Shown here in pieces: positions 1-24,434 of a DNA stretch of 64,000 bases. Below the pieces are notes generated by a model that was not told where the DNA came from, searched no databases, and was given only the letters and a program-made list of their open reading frames with translations. This DNA comes from Macrostomum lignano (Eukaryota): positions 19,868-83,867 of the forward strand of contig NIVC01001094.1 of NCBI GenBank assembly GCA_002269645.1, written 5' to 3'. A program made the position numbers and the translations under genes. Position 1 is the first letter of the stretch; each line of letters begins with the position of its first letter.

Positions 1-253
1 GCCGCATCCTCGGAAACAAAAGAAGCAAAAACGTATAGCTAATTACAATTTGTATTTTCGAAATTTCGAGCTTGTGAAAGCGACCCGACCTTTGGATGGT
101 CATCAACGAACGGAACTCAGATGAGGAGGGTCATCCACAAATAATCTTTGGATGACAGACCAATAAATCTTCGGTGATGCGTCAGCCTCCATCTTCACCA
201 CAGAGTACAGCAATGGTATCTGTATCAAGCCCGATTAAAATTATCCCTTCAAG

Positions 254-3200
254 GAGCTGCTCAAGCTGAACAACTTCAACACCCTCATGTCGGTGGTCGG
301 CGGCCTGAGCCACAGCGCCATCGCTCGGCTGAGCAAGACGCACGCTTGTCTGTCGCAGAGGTCGCAGAAGGTCAGTTGCTGTGACATTTTATTCTATACT
401 AAATTTTTGAATCAGGAAACACTTCCAAAGGAATACTTCTGTATCTACGTTTCAACAGCTCCTGGTGGACCTCACAGAGTTTCTGTCGTCATCTAGCAAC
501 TTTTCCAACTATCGCAAGGAATACGCTGAAGCGAAAGATTTCAAAATACCCATTCTGTGAGTTGGGTGAATCCGCTTAACGTCACATTATGCAGCATTTG
601 AAATTTTCCATACGGTTTAGTAGCTGATCCAGCTGTTCACCTAGTAGCTTATCCAGCAGTTCACCCAGTAGCTGATCCAGCAGTTCACCCAGTAGCTGAT
701 CCAGCAGTTCACCCAGTAGCTGATCCAGCAGTTCACCCAGTAGCTCATCCAGCAGTTCACCTAGTAGCTTATCCAGCAGTTCAACTAGTATCTTATCCAG
801 TAGTTCACCCAGTAGCTTATCCAGCAGTTCACCTAGTATCTTATCCAGCAGTTCACCCAGTAGCTTATCCAGCAGTTCAACTAGTATCTTATCCAGCAGT
901 TCACCCAGTAGCTTATCCAGCAGTTCAACTAGTATCTTATCCAGCAGTTCACCCAGTATCTTATCCAGCAGTTCACCCAGTAGCTGATCCAGCAGTTCAC
1001 CCAGTAGCTGATCCAGCAGTTCACCCAGTAGCTCATCCAGCAGTTCACCCAGTAGCTGATCCAGCAGTTCACCCAGTAGCTTATCCAGCAGTTCAACTAG
1101 TAGCTCATCCAGCACTTCACCCAGTAGCTTATCCAGCAGTTCACCCAGTAGCTGATCCAGCAGTTCACCCAGTAGCTGATCCAGCAGTTCACCCAGTACC
1201 CAGTAGCTCACGCCGCCTTCCCGTCCCCGAGCAGTGCCGTGCACCTGAAAGACCTCATCCAGCTGAACGTGGCCGTACCGGACAAGCTGAGCGGGACTGC
1301 CCGATTCATCAACTGGCGCAAGGTGGTGCAGCTCTCGCAGACTCTCGGCCTGCTGCACGCGGCTCAGCGGGCGCCGCTCCCGGTTGAGGAGAACGTCACC
1401 CTGTGCAACACCCTGCGGGTGGGTGCTGCTGTCAGTGCCAGCATGAAAGACTGCCTGTTAGGCTATGCACGCAATTCCTAATGAAAAAATGGGATAGAGA
1501 GGATAGACATTTGAGACTAGATATGAGAGGAGAGAGTAGACAGGAGGGAAGCAAGGATAAGAGACCTGATGATGCAAGAGTCTACCTAGAAACCCAAACT
1601 TATTGCAGCTGTCGCTGGACTGCCACCACACTGAGGACGACATCTACGAGGTGTCGCTGCTCCGCGAGCCACGAAGCCTCTTCTCTGTGAGCTGCTGATT
1701 CAATTCTTTAAAAATATACAAGCCAGCCCTATGGCGGGCCAGCTCATCGCGTCTGTAATGCCCCAATTCCAGCCGTCGACCCCCACTAAGCCGGTGGTGT
1801 TCGCGCAGTGGGTGTCCGGTTCCAAGCCGCCGCATCCGGAAACGTTGAAGCGGCACATCTTTGATATGGTCGAGGCGAGTGCCGACTTCATTTTTTAGCC
1901 AGTCTACTTTAATAACCTCCTGTCCCTAGAGCGAAATTATCCCCCTTTTCACCTGCACTACACCTGCCCTCTGTCTCGGCTCCACCTCTCTGCCCTCTGG
2001 AGGGATCGCCCTGATTTTTTGGGTCGATCGCTCACCAGCTTAATACTATAGGTATTCCCCGCGGAATCCCCAGGCAGCTAATTGCAAATTGACGCTGAAA
2101 CCCGAGTGCTCAGGACTGGTCAAAGCTCCAGCGAATATTTTTTAATTCTGCCACTCCCCCGACGCAACCCAACCCTCGCAGGCTGTGTTCAGAGTCTACG
2201 ATCACGACAAGGACGAGATGATCTCTGAGACGGAGTTCGCCCAGATTGCTGAGAACTTTCCCTTCATCGATTCATTCGCTGTACTCGACGCCGACAAGTG
2301 AGCAGCAGGGAGTCCTCGCCGCACAGCGCTTCTTTCTCCTCTCCTCTCCTGTCTTCCCCGCCTCGGCTACCCGGCAGTTTACCCTGGAGACGCCGCTGTT
2401 GCGCTGTTGCAGAAAAAAAGCTCTTTATTCCCCATGCCAGCCGGCCTGGGGCCCTTAATTTAATCACAGAGAAATGGGTTCTGCGCTCTGCTCTGTACTC
2501 ATTTTTTCCCTTTGGCTTTTCCCTTGCCGCCGTCTCCTGCCTTCCCAATTCCTTCTTTTTTCCCGTTTCGGCAAAAATTACTGCTTTTGCAGTCTGAGGC
2601 ACCCCTCGTCTCCAGCGCCCCTCCTTGTGCGGGTCTGGGAAGCCTCATTAACAGGGGGAGGGGGGTTCAGGAGACGTGGAGGAAACCCGGCGCCTTCGCA
2701 GTCTGCTCTCAAACTGCCCTCTTAAGCTGTTCCCGCTTTTGCCTGCCTCCGAATCCCTAAAAATCAAGCTGGCAGACTTTCTCCCCGCGAGTGCTCGAGC
2801 CGTCGCGGTCAACTCCAATCCCTGGCTTGATTTGTTTGAGCTGTTCCTGCCGGGCTCTGCCTGGGCAATAGGGCTGCAACATCATGGCGAAATTTAATTA
2901 ACTGTATGCAGCCGGAGGGATGAGACGGGAAATAGAAACACTAGAAAAATGGGTTGTCTTCGGAGAAGTACTAGGGGACTCAAAGACCGAATAAGGTGGA
3001 CGCGGGGCTGGAGGCTGAGCTGCTTTCTCAATGCCAGCTCCTATCTATTTGGCGCTAACCAACATTTATCTGTCTATTCACGCATTGCCTACTGTAAGTA
3101 GTCTCACGAGGGCTCTAAAAATCTATAATCATTTTTAAGCGACGGCATGATTTCGAAGAACGAACTGAAGAACTACTTTATCCGGGCCAATTCGCACGCC

Positions 3201-4038
3201 TTAAAGAGCAGTTTTAAGCACGACTTCCACGAGACTTCGTACTTTAAGCCGACCTTCTGCGACCGCTGTAACGGCCTGCTGTGGGGCCTCATCAAGCAGG
3301 GCTGGAAGTGCCGGGACTGCGGCATCAACGTGCACAAGCACTGCAAGGACACCGTTGTGATGGAGTGCCGCGTCAGGGCTCAGGGGCAGCAGCGGGGAGC
3401 GGCGGCGGCTTCTGACTCGGCAGCAGGTGATCGGCTGGGCTCTGTTTGTTCTGTTGGTGTTGAATCTGAAATGAATGTGAATATTTGATTTCAATCAGTT
3501 CACCTATTTTATTGCAGCCATGATTTCAGGCTCGAATTCGACCGTGTCAACCATAGCCGGCGCCACTGTGACACCAGGTGTTGGCTGCAACGGCGCCTCA
3601 GTGGCGCCAACAGCTGCCTGCTGCGCTGGGTCGGCAACCGGCTGCTCCAAGGCAATCAGAGACAGCGGCAGCAGCAGCTGCGGCTCACCGCAAGCCACAT
3701 CGGATGGCTGGGCTCAGACCGATGAAGATGCCATCTGTATTGATGAGGCTCGGAAGCTGGCTCAGGCGAGTGTCGATCGAGTTGTGCTTTGCTTTTTTTC
3801 TAGCCGTCACGCTCTGCTTTTGAACTCAAATTTTTTTCACGCTCTGCAAAACTACATGTAACTGCAGGAAAATGCCGAGCTTCGCAAAGAGGCAGAGTCG
3901 CTTCGCCTGCAGGTGCAAAGTCAGGCGCAAGTAATAACCAGATTGCACAACCAGGTGACCGGTATGCGGCAGCAAACAATCAGTTTCATTCTTCATCAGA
4001 TGGATACTCTGGAGATTCAACGAAATTCCGAAGTTTAA
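254..4038 (+). CDS. RASGRP: RAS guanyl-releasing protein (RasGEF + EF-hands + C1 + coiled coil); 3' portion, 5' exons lie outside the window
   Basis: Exons 254-370, 459-556, 1235-1418, 1609-1686, 1743-1874, 2182-2297, 3140-3426, 3518-3765, 3868-4038 join with consistent phases. Motifs: [50 protein letters not shown]-hand [19 protein letters not shown]1 [45 protein letters not shown] at 4036-4038, AATAAA at 4136. Confidence 0.93.
619..1210. repeat. Intronic minisatellite, 24-bp unit (AGTAGCTGATCCAGCAGTTCACCC)
   Basis: Tandem units inside RasGRP intron 557-1234; source of the LLGELLDQ repeat ORF 582-1358. Confidence 0.95.
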
Positions 4039-5637
4039 ATCTAGCTGTGTGCATTTAAACATAATTCCATCTTTTTATTTTTGTTTTATTTTAACTTAAC
4101 GACCCTAGCTATAACTGATAAGTGCGGAATTCAACAATAAATATATTTTGCGTCATCAGTCAGTCAAGAAAATTAAAAATTTGATTTTGTTAAGTCGAAA
4201 ACGTACGATAGTTATAATTGCTATATAAAGCCATAAATGTCTACATGTAACATGTTGCAGTAATGCATATGTAGCTACGTGTGTGCTCCTAATTTGAAAA
4301 TTCTTAAAGACTACATATAGCTATGGTGTTAAAATTCGTACATGGACGCGAAAACTCATATCGTGAAAATTTTCTGGCATCGTTCTTGCAAGTTGCTAGT
4401 TTGTGTTGCATGCTAGGGTGTAATTCGAAATTTATTAGTTTTCGTGCGCCATTCCCAGCGCCACTTTAAAATGACTTTACATTTAACTACATCAACTTTT
4501 TGCTTTGATCTTGTACTAGTCTTGCAAGATTTTTATGCTTAATTCAAACAGATAATACTGGATCATGCAGTTGACACGAGTTTTCTCAAATTCCTTTTTT
4601 CCTCGTGTGAAAAGAAAAAGTTAATCAAAGAACAAGTCTGCGACTGCGACACTTCAATTCGATTCGAAACGTGAATTGCACAATAAATAAGATTAACAAA
4701 TCGTTGGCATTTATTGTTGTTTATGTCAATAAAGGAGGATATCTTAGCGTCGCTTTATTTTGCTTATTGTTTTCGTTTAATTTTTGCACATTTGAAACCG
4801 ATCATGTAGCGGTTGTTTTTATAGACAACCGAAAATTTAACATCCAACAACTTGCTTCTTTTGGTTCTGTGCAAGTTGCCACTGCCAACGAAATCTGTTA
4901 ATAAATAAAATAGCAGCATCTATGCGCGAAAAATATCTTAAAAATATTTTAAGAATAAGAGATAATATTAAAAAACATCTAAAGTATTTTTTCTTTAACA
5001 TTTTAAGAAAGTATTATACTTTGTAACATTGTGTTGCATTGTGCTAGGTTCAAATTCCATCCTTTGATACTGTTTTATTATCTCTGTTTATTTTACATCA
5101 CTTGCGTTTTTTGTTCAGAGTTTTGCCTCATTTTCTCAATAATTCTAAATCTAAAACAACTTTTCGTAAAGTCTGAAAGAATAGCAAGAAAGTTTTGTAT
5201 AAAAAACTTCATGCTTTTTATTCTACATGTTATGTTCTATTTTTCTTATGGAGCGAGCTAAAACCAGTTTTAAAATTCAAATTGAATTAATAATTAATAG
5301 TTAATGAGTTAATTAACTAATTAACTAAATTAAATAATTATTAGTTAACAAATAGTTTAAAATAATTTATTGCTTCATGTCTTGAGTTAGTTATTAATAA
5401 TTTTCATAGCTTAGCTAAGACTTTTTTCTTACTTTTAGTTCGACGAATAAGCATGGGTTTTTGTCGATAGTCAGAATTAACTCTACATAACTTAAAAATA
5501 ACAAGTTTATATACATAGCGGAAACATAAAACTCTTAGCACTAGTTCATCCACAGTTAGAATTTGTATGCTGTATCTCTAGGACCTAGGTTTAATTTAGG
5601 TTAATGAATTCCCGACTTCAGGAGGCCAGGAGGCTGC

Positions 5638-16257
<10,620 letters not shown>

Positions 16258-16453
16258 GTAGGTTAGCTTTGTCATAACCTCATGGTCATGACCTCCCTCC
16301 CTCCCGGAAAAAACCCTTGATCTGCCACTGGTAGAAATCAAGTTCTGAGGCCAGACTAATTGGTTTGAATAAATAGAGAAGAGCATTAAGCAGCTTGCTT
16401 GCCTTGTACAAGCTGTAGTTTTTTGGGGAGTGCAGCCCCCAAAGTACAAGTTA

Positions 16454-16749
16454 TTTACTCACTCGATTGAATTTGTCTATGGCCGAGTGCATTACTCACT
16501 CGATTGAATTTGTCTATGGCCGAGTGCATTACTCACTCGATTGAATTTGTCTATGGCCGAGTGCATTACTCACTCGATTGAATTTGTCTATGGCCGAGTG
16601 CATTACTCACTCGATTGAATTTGTCTATGGCCGAGTGCATTACTCACTCGATTGAATTTGTCTATGGCCGAGTGCATTACTCACTCGATTGAATTTGTCT
16701 ATGGCCGAGTGCATTACTCACTCGATTGAATTTGTCTATGGCCGAGTGC
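16454..16749. repeat. Eight near-identical 37-bp tandem units
   Basis: ATTACTCACTCGATTGAATTTGTCTATGGCCGAGTGC; unit ends at 16490, 16527 ... 16749; no spacers. Confidence 0.95.
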
Positions 16750-16859
16750 AGCTCTGCGGCCGAACTGTTTTTGATTCAAGAAGGAACAAAACAAAAAGGT
16801 CCGCTTAACTTATCCCACTTGTGAGTTGATCGTATTTCGTATTAAAACTTTGGTCTTGT

Positions 16860-17114
16860 GAAATAAAAAGAAAATAATATAAAAATGAAACTTCACTCCC
16901 CAGAATATAAAATATAACAGTCAAACAGAGTAACATACTGTGCAAGTTAAATTTAAAGAATGGTAATTTTCACTGCCCCAGATCAAATTCAAGTATTAAT
17001 TATGTGATGAAAAAATATTTTATTCCTATCTCCGCAGTGTATTTTTTCCAGGAAATTGGCCTCCTAAAAATTAAACGATCTTTGAGTTTTTTTACGTCCT
17101 GTTATACTACAGTG
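16860..17114. repeat. Dispersed repeat, second copy at ~29180-29423
   Basis: TTCACTG.CCCAGATCAAAT..GTGATGAAA..TCTCCGCAGTGTATTTTT..CAGGAAATTGGCCTCC..CGATCTTTGA..CTACAGTGG is present at both loci. Confidence 0.8.
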
Positions 17115-18119
17115 GCCCTGACAATGAGAAAGTTAATGCCACTGCTGTACATCCTCTGTGAGCAGTGTGTCTGCGTACAGTGTGTACGTATCCGTGTGCG
17201 TCCTCGCTAGCTGCGGGCTGGCTAACAAACATAAAAGCGTCCTTTTTTGACTCCACAGCGCTCGACCGCGCGATTTTCCCCGGCCAGGCGCCTAGCAGCA
17301 GCGGGTCGGCTGAGCGGGAGCGAATTAACAGCGAACTGCGCGGCTTCCAGCCAATCGAACCGGCCTTTCCCGCCACAGAGATGAATTTCTACACCGACTT
17401 TAGGTATCAGTGATCGATAGTCGTTATTATTAATTTGTGATGTATAAACAATTAGGATGTCGTAACTAAAGACATTTTTTGCTTTGCTTTTGTGCTGCTG
17501 CGCTCGTATCTCAACTATTAATTTTTTGTGATTAAATTGCTAATTTCCATGGCATTTTTTCTGATTATCTGGATAAATTGTGGTATTTTTGTCCCAAATT
17601 TTATCGCTCAATTTTTTACATCTCTTTTCGCACAAATATATAACACATTTATACAGTAGATCGGCGATTAAAATGTTTCTTTAGAATAGAGTACAGATAC
17701 TAGAATATTGTTCTTACGACGGTAGTATCTGTGGAATAGATGAGCAAATCTACTTGTTTGTTAGATTAAAAATTCCATGGCTATATAATAATATATTAAA
17801 TAAATTGAACTGCGAATAGATGTTCAAAAAAGTCAGTAAAACTGTAAAAGTTTAAAGCCACGAAAAATTCACTAATCAATAAAAATAATTAGTCTTTCTT
17901 TATTGCACTTGTAGTATGGGATACAGTTTAATTTTGAATATCGTGCGCGCATGCACAATATTGCGCATGCACATGCACAGTTTGTGGGAAAAAGCATGGT
18001 AGACAAAGTGAGTCGGCTAACTGAAAAGTACGAGGCTGAATTGCAAAACAGAAAGTACAAATATTTGGAGGATGGAAATCTGACACATATACTGTACATG
18101 TACATGCACTGCACAGAGA

Positions 18120-18310
18120 TGCCACCCGTGTCACAACGATAAAGCGGTAAACTACGTGCGCATCGTGGCTTACAAAGCTACAGCCTACGCGTATAGTCGT
18201 AGCTTTACGGGTAGTTTGCCGCTTTCAATACGACTATACGCGTAGGCTGTAGCTTTGTAAGCCACGATGCGCACGTAGTTTACCGCTTTATCGTTGTGAC
18301 ACGGGTGGCA
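18120..18310. mobile_element. Perfect foldback element (82-bp arms, 27-nt loop), MITE-like
   Basis: 18120-18201 is the exact reverse complement of 18229-18310. Confidence 0.8.
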
Positions 18311-19696
18311 CCATGATGCATTTGTATAAAACATGGAATTATTGGAAAATTAAATAAATGTGTATTTAACTTTTGTCGAGAAAAATGAAATTATTGTTTT
18401 TAAGCCATGTGAGTGTATTATATGTAATTATCGCAGTGCCAGTATAACCTCAGCAGTGAGAATTCCACTTAACGTAACATATATCTAGTAGCTGCTCACG
18501 TAGTTATAAAACTGCAACTATAAAGATTTATTGCATGCTTTAGTACCCGTCTATGTAAGTTAAATCCTTACAGTTTATAAACTGTCCTTTGTTAAGTACA
18601 TTCAGAGCAACAGGTCGCGTTTACTAAACTGAAGGCTTATTCGTTTTGAGCGCGTACAGGGCCGATTATTGCGAAATTGGTCCCGCGTCACGCCTATTTT
18701 TAAAAGCCAAAATACTAAATTGGCATATGAAAGAAGCTGCAATTCAGGATTTTATTAAATTAGCATTTTTTATCACAGCGAAAAAAGTTACATTTAGAGC
18801 ATCCTAAAATTAAATTGTAGTCTATAATTGTTTTAACCGTAATAGTTTAAAATTGTTCGGTATTGTATTGATCAATATACAAACAATGTTTAAAAATCCA
18901 CGCTCTGGCGTTTTCTGGACCAGCCTTCGTATCGTATTTCCACCTCTTTGGTCATATTTTATATCGCAAAGTAAGGCGCCGCCAGCGTATTTATTTATTG
19001 TTAGTTTATAGGCCTATCGCTCACAATGATTTCACTTTAAAAAGCTCCCAATAAAATTTCATTCTCATAGCTATTATTCATTTATTAAAAACGTGGGTTT
19101 CTATGTTTTTAGTTTGACGTTTGACATTTGCCTTATAATTTGGAAGTCCGAGTAGGCCTATTTACTTTACCTGTTACATCTGATTAAAATGAAATCTTAA
19201 TAATCCGCCTTATGTTATTCTAGGTAAGAAGCAGAAATTTGCAATAAGGGCCTTAGTTAAATACAGTAGGCAAGGCATAGAAACTAGGGCCTAGGCCTAA
19301 TATCAACTAGGCCAAGCCAAGCCCCAATGTTTCTACCAGCCAGTCATCATTAGCATCAGTATATCTTTTCAAACAAATAAGTAAATAGTAAATATGTGTA
19401 CTATGTATTTTAGTATTGATAAGCATTATATGTTAAGACAATTGATGATTAGGGGCCTATAATAGACAAGTAGCTCTAGCAAATATTCTAAATCTAAGGT
19501 TACTTGATTTATTTTGAAAATTGTTCCAGATATAGGTCATAGTCAGGAAGGTGTGCACTACACTAGAATAAGTTTTATGTGCCATTTGCTAAAGCTCTTT
19601 CAGTTTTTATATCTTGAAAACAAATTTTAAAAGATGTTTATAAATTTACTATTATTTCTAGATTCAATTAGTGATAGACAAAATGTGGATTTTTGC

Positions 19697-19900
19697 ACCT
19701 GTATAACTTTTGCCAACACTTTCAAATAGATCTTCTGACAATTAAAATGTTACAAAAAGTGTCGGAAAAAGTGTCAGAAGAACTGTCTAAAAATGTGTCA
19801 GCAAAAGTTAACTGTTACAACACTTTTTGTGACATTTAAAGTGTTGTAAAAAAGTGTCAAAAGATCTATCTGAAAATGTGTTGGCAAAAGTTATATAGGT
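19697..19900. mobile_element. Foldback MITE-like element with ~45-bp imperfect TIRs
   Basis: ACCTGTATAACTTTTGCCAACACTTTCAAATAGATCTTCTGACA versus TGTCAAAAGATCTATCTGAAAATGTGTTGGCAAAAGTTATATAGGT. Confidence 0.7.
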
Positions 19901-22900
19901 AATTTTTGTAAGTTTCCAAAACCAAATCCAAATATAAAATGTTCTAAACCTAGATCCAATTATCTGAATAGGTTTCCAAATACAAGCAAAAAGTAAATGG
20001 TAAATGGTTAAAGTAACTATGACATTTTTAAGTAACAAAAATGCTTTGTTATCTAAATAATGATTTAGGTGAACAACTAGTCCTTAAATGAAATTCAGGT
20101 GAAATTGTAAGATTAAAAACTTGTTTTTTTAATTTGCTATTTACAATATGAGCAAACTTTTTTTTAATAAAAAATAGTTTTTGTGCATAGCACAGACAAA
20201 CTTTTGATAGGATTTATTCTAGTGCATTGCGCAATCAAACTTTTTTGATAGGATTTGTTTTGGTGCAAGTGTACTATGCCACACTCCAGATCATATAGTA
20301 TATACCCAAAAATTTGGGCCTGCATTGGCCTTGTACACCAAAATTAGGCATGCACAGTTGACGTGCATCACTCGTGAAAAAATAGTATGTGTGCACACTT
20401 GGCATGCACTTTATAGAATCACGCGTAAGAGTTGTTGTGAAATTAAAAAAAGATAAAAAAAGTTCATTTTTAAGTGCAAATTTCAAGTTTTCCAATTTAT
20501 TCAAGCTCGTAATAAAGCATTTAAACAAATCTTTGCATGTATAAATTTTTCTCTATAAATAGTATCACCAAAAAAGCATAAAAAGCAACCAAATTATCTG
20601 GTAATAAAGTCTGTTACACAATTTAAAAAAGGTATTCTATTGTCACAATATAAAAAAAGGTTATTTATTGTGGAAACACCACTGGCATATTTTTGAGAAT
20701 GGGCATGCACTATATTTTTTGGTGTGCATTTGTAATTATTCAATTTTTGTTCAAGTGTGCACCTAGCATGATCCAGACTTTGGGTGCTATGATCCTGACT
20801 ATGGGCAAATTCTAAATACTAATACTCATATTGACTGGCATTATATTTATACAAGTTGAAAACTTTACCATAAGTCCATGCATTTGCATTTTTATAAAAC
20901 CAAACTAATGATTACATTTAAACAATGATTGCCAAAAATGTTTTTGCAACTTTAGGTTCAATGCCTCAAAGGTCTTAAAATAATAACTTTAATTGATACA
21001 ACTTTCTTTTAAATATAAGCCTATATTTATTACAAAAATGAAAAATATGATGTAAAATGTTTGTATTTATATATTTTATTATACTCTCTTATATCAAAAG
21101 TTTTATTTCTTTTATGGTTAAATATGTTTAGAGTTTTTAATTTTTTTATTCAGAAGCACATTTGAAAATATTAAAAAAATAATATTTCTGAATCCAAAAC
21201 ATTTATATTTCTATAAAAAGTGAGACATTTTTGGCTTCAAATCCAAATATTCAGATCTATCACTAGACTCAATCACTTGTAATAGCTTTATTTTTATCCA
21301 AATTGAATTGAATTTGAACTTTTAAGCAGTCTGTTAGTAATGTAAATAGAAATTTGTTAAAAGGGATAATGAATTTTAGAAGATAAAGACCTAAAAAAGG
21401 ACTATACTCTGGATCATATCCCTATTGGAATAAGTTTTCAGACACTGTGGACAGTGCATCTAGTGCGCCATGGCAATCATAAAGTGGCCTGGACGGTGCG
21501 TCATGACAATCTTCAAATCCTAAGGTGGTATGGACGATGTGTCATTCAAATCTTCAAATCCTAGGGTGCCATAGCACTCTAGGTTTAGGTGATATTGTGC
21601 ATGACTCCAGTCTCTATCATGTTCATTCTGATGATGCATCACTCGTTTTTGAGAGATTTAAAGAGATTGAGAGAAAGTTGTGTGTTTTACCACACTTGTG
21701 TTTTACTGCACTCTGTTCTGTACTGTACTTCTGCCCCCTTCTGTTGTAGTTGTATCTATTTCTTAATTCTTAGTCTACTCGTCTTTTGACTTACAAAGTT
21801 ACATTGTTGGTCTATTCAAAGAAAAATAAATAATGTAAATAGTGTGGCAATTGCATCAGTGAGTACTTAAAATAATTACGAACACTGAAACCCTTTACTT
21901 CAATTTGGCTAATCGGTTAATACAAAATGAAGAAACTCCGTGATGAACAACACAGAGTTCACGAACAAACAAAATTGTCTTTGCCTTATCCACACACTTT
22001 TTCAGTAGTAGTTGTAGCACTTTGGCTCGGGTCGGGTTATCAAATCTGATAACTATTTAGCATGGTGTTTCGAAGAATATTTTCACATTTAAATGTCAGC
22101 ATAAATAAATGTACGCACAACCAATCAAAAAGATAATTAAACAAAGCAGAAAATTTGTTGAGACTTTTAATAGAATTTAGTTTACTTTTTTATTTCTTGC
22201 AACTGCGTTATAAGAGAACATTAAGAGCAATTAGCATTTGGCACTATGTTATAATGTTTATGAGGCAATAAAGAACATTTCTGCTGCGATCTTTCAACTA
22301 CAATTTCCAATTTTACAATTAACTTGCATGCATATTCTAGATGACACAGCAATCAATACATATGATAGGAGATATGCTATACTATAGCCCATAGCAATAT
22401 TATCAAAGTTATAGAAATTAGAAAAACAAGTTTTACTTACAGTTTGCTGAATTTCCACCGTGCTGCTGACTTTCTCCTGTGCATGCTTCTCATCCTTGTT
22501 CAGCAGCGCTGTATATAGCGCGTGATGTCCTCCTTGCATCTTACCTGTGAGCTGCTGTGCGTCATGGCGCATGGCGCGCGTAGCGCGCCATGCGCCATGA
22601 CTATGAGGAAAAAGAAAAAGTGCGCCGGACGCCGTCCGCGAAAATACCACTTATTCCAATAGGGGATCATATAGTATAACATAGCCCTATTGGAAAAAGT
22701 TTCAAAAACCCGTGGATGTGCAACACGGGTGCCAAAATTGTGCCTTCAAAAGTGCAACGCAACACTAAATTTTGTTGACTAGGGGGCAAAGATGCGCGAC
22801 ACAACACCAATGTCTGTTAACCAAATGACCAGGGAAGCGAGAGACAAGAGTATTCCTTTCAATTTTGTGGAAAAAGAAAAGAAATTTAAAAACAATAAAA

Positions 22901-24264
22901 AGTAGAACAACAAAGGTATAGCAGTTAGAAAAACAGTGCATGCATTGTAACTAACAAGTAACATTTCTAAAAATTATATTTGAAGTATTAGTTACTTTAC
23001 CATAAAAAAAAACAATTCAAGAACTAGTTATTATCAAACATGTTTGAAACATTTAAACACCAAGAAACAACAGTGAACAGATTATAATGAAATGCCATTT
23101 GCAAGGTTTTGGCTGCAGATCTAGGCTGCAACGCAACACATGACAACACCAGCTGCCAAGTTGCCATACTGTCGCGTCGCGCGACGCGATGCATGTCAAC
23201 ACTAGGTTGCCACAGTGTCGCGCAATGTGACACACCACTTGACACCATTGTCGCATGACGCAACACCAGGAGAATCTGAAAATGCAACAGATGGTTGTCT
23301 GCATTTTGTCAACTTATTCCATAGGTCTATATTATATGCCTTGCATGCCTAAAATTAACTGTGCAGTTGGTGTGCATGATTCCTTAAAATTGTATGCATG
23401 TACACTTAGTATGCACTTCATAGATTCACATAGAATAGTTAGTGTTAAGTAGAAAAAAGATAAAAATATTTATATTTTGGATAGTTAAATATATATTTCA
23501 AGATTTTTGACTTTTAAGCTCATTAATAAAGTATTTAAACAAATGTTTGTGCATATAGATTTATTGCTATAAATGGTATATACAAAGAAAATAAATAATC
23601 AACCAAATTATTTGCAAAAAAGGTCTTTTCTACTATGTAAAAAGGTCATTTACAGTTGCAATCCAAAAAGGTCATTTATTGTTACAACACTAGCCTAGAT
23701 TTAAGAGTGTAGGCATATATTCTAAAAATTTTTGTATGCATATTTGTAACGATTTAATTCTTGTTTGGGTGTCCACCTAGCATGATCCGGATTAAAGAGA
23801 AAGAACAAAAGAATGGCTTTGTATTTTAGTAAAAATTCTGTTATTTCTCTCTTTGATTTTTTCTAGACTTTGCATAAGGGAAAAAGGCAACTACCACACT
23901 CTAGATCATGTAGTATAAGGCATATCCCTAAAAATTTAGGTGTGCATTGGCCTTGTATACCAAAAGCTAGGCATGTATAGTTGGCATGCATTTACTTCTT
24001 AGAAAATAATGTATGCACACCTGATGTGCACTTTATAGAATCACATAAAAGAGTATTGTGTTAACTGTAAAAATAGTTAAAAGTTTATTTTTAAGCATAA
24101 AAATCAAGCTTTCTGGTTTTTAAGGTTATAATGAAGCATTTAAACAAATTTTTGTGTCTATTGACTTTTAGCTATAAATAGTATATAGGCAAAAAATAAT
24201 AAACCAAATAAGCCAAAAAGGGTCCTTTATGCAACATAAAAAGGTCATTCATTGCTGCAACACT

Positions 24265-24434
24265 CATGCTTGAGCGCAACCTAGGGATTCACCTGGCCAT
24301 TTCTATTGGCAACACACATGTAAGTCACTATTGGATAGAATAGTAGTCACGTGACTGCTGTTGGCCAATAGCAACTTACATGTGTGTGTTGCCAATAGAA
24401 ATGGCCAAGTGATTCCTAAGGTTGTGCATGTATG
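24265..24434. mobile_element. hAT-type foldback MITE with 8-bp TSD, nested in family A
   Basis: GCAACACT at 24257-24264 and 24435-24442 flanks the element; long internal inverted repeat centred on GTCACGTGAC; second copy 28949-29116. Confidence 0.8.

Noticed and set aside
582-1358. 258-aa LLGELLDQ repeat ORF (leucine-rich or coiled-coil-like)
   Set aside because: Antisense translation of a 24-bp intronic array inside RasGRP.
16454-16749. CRISPR-like 37-bp repeats with an internal palindrome
   Set aside because: Units are directly adjacent with no unique spacers, there are no cas genes, and the context is eukaryotic.
18510-18540. ATTTATTGCATG resembling my recollection of a flatworm spliced-leader 3' end
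   Set aside because: Only a short AT-rich match, not followed by a GT donor or Sm site; the recollection cannot be verified here.
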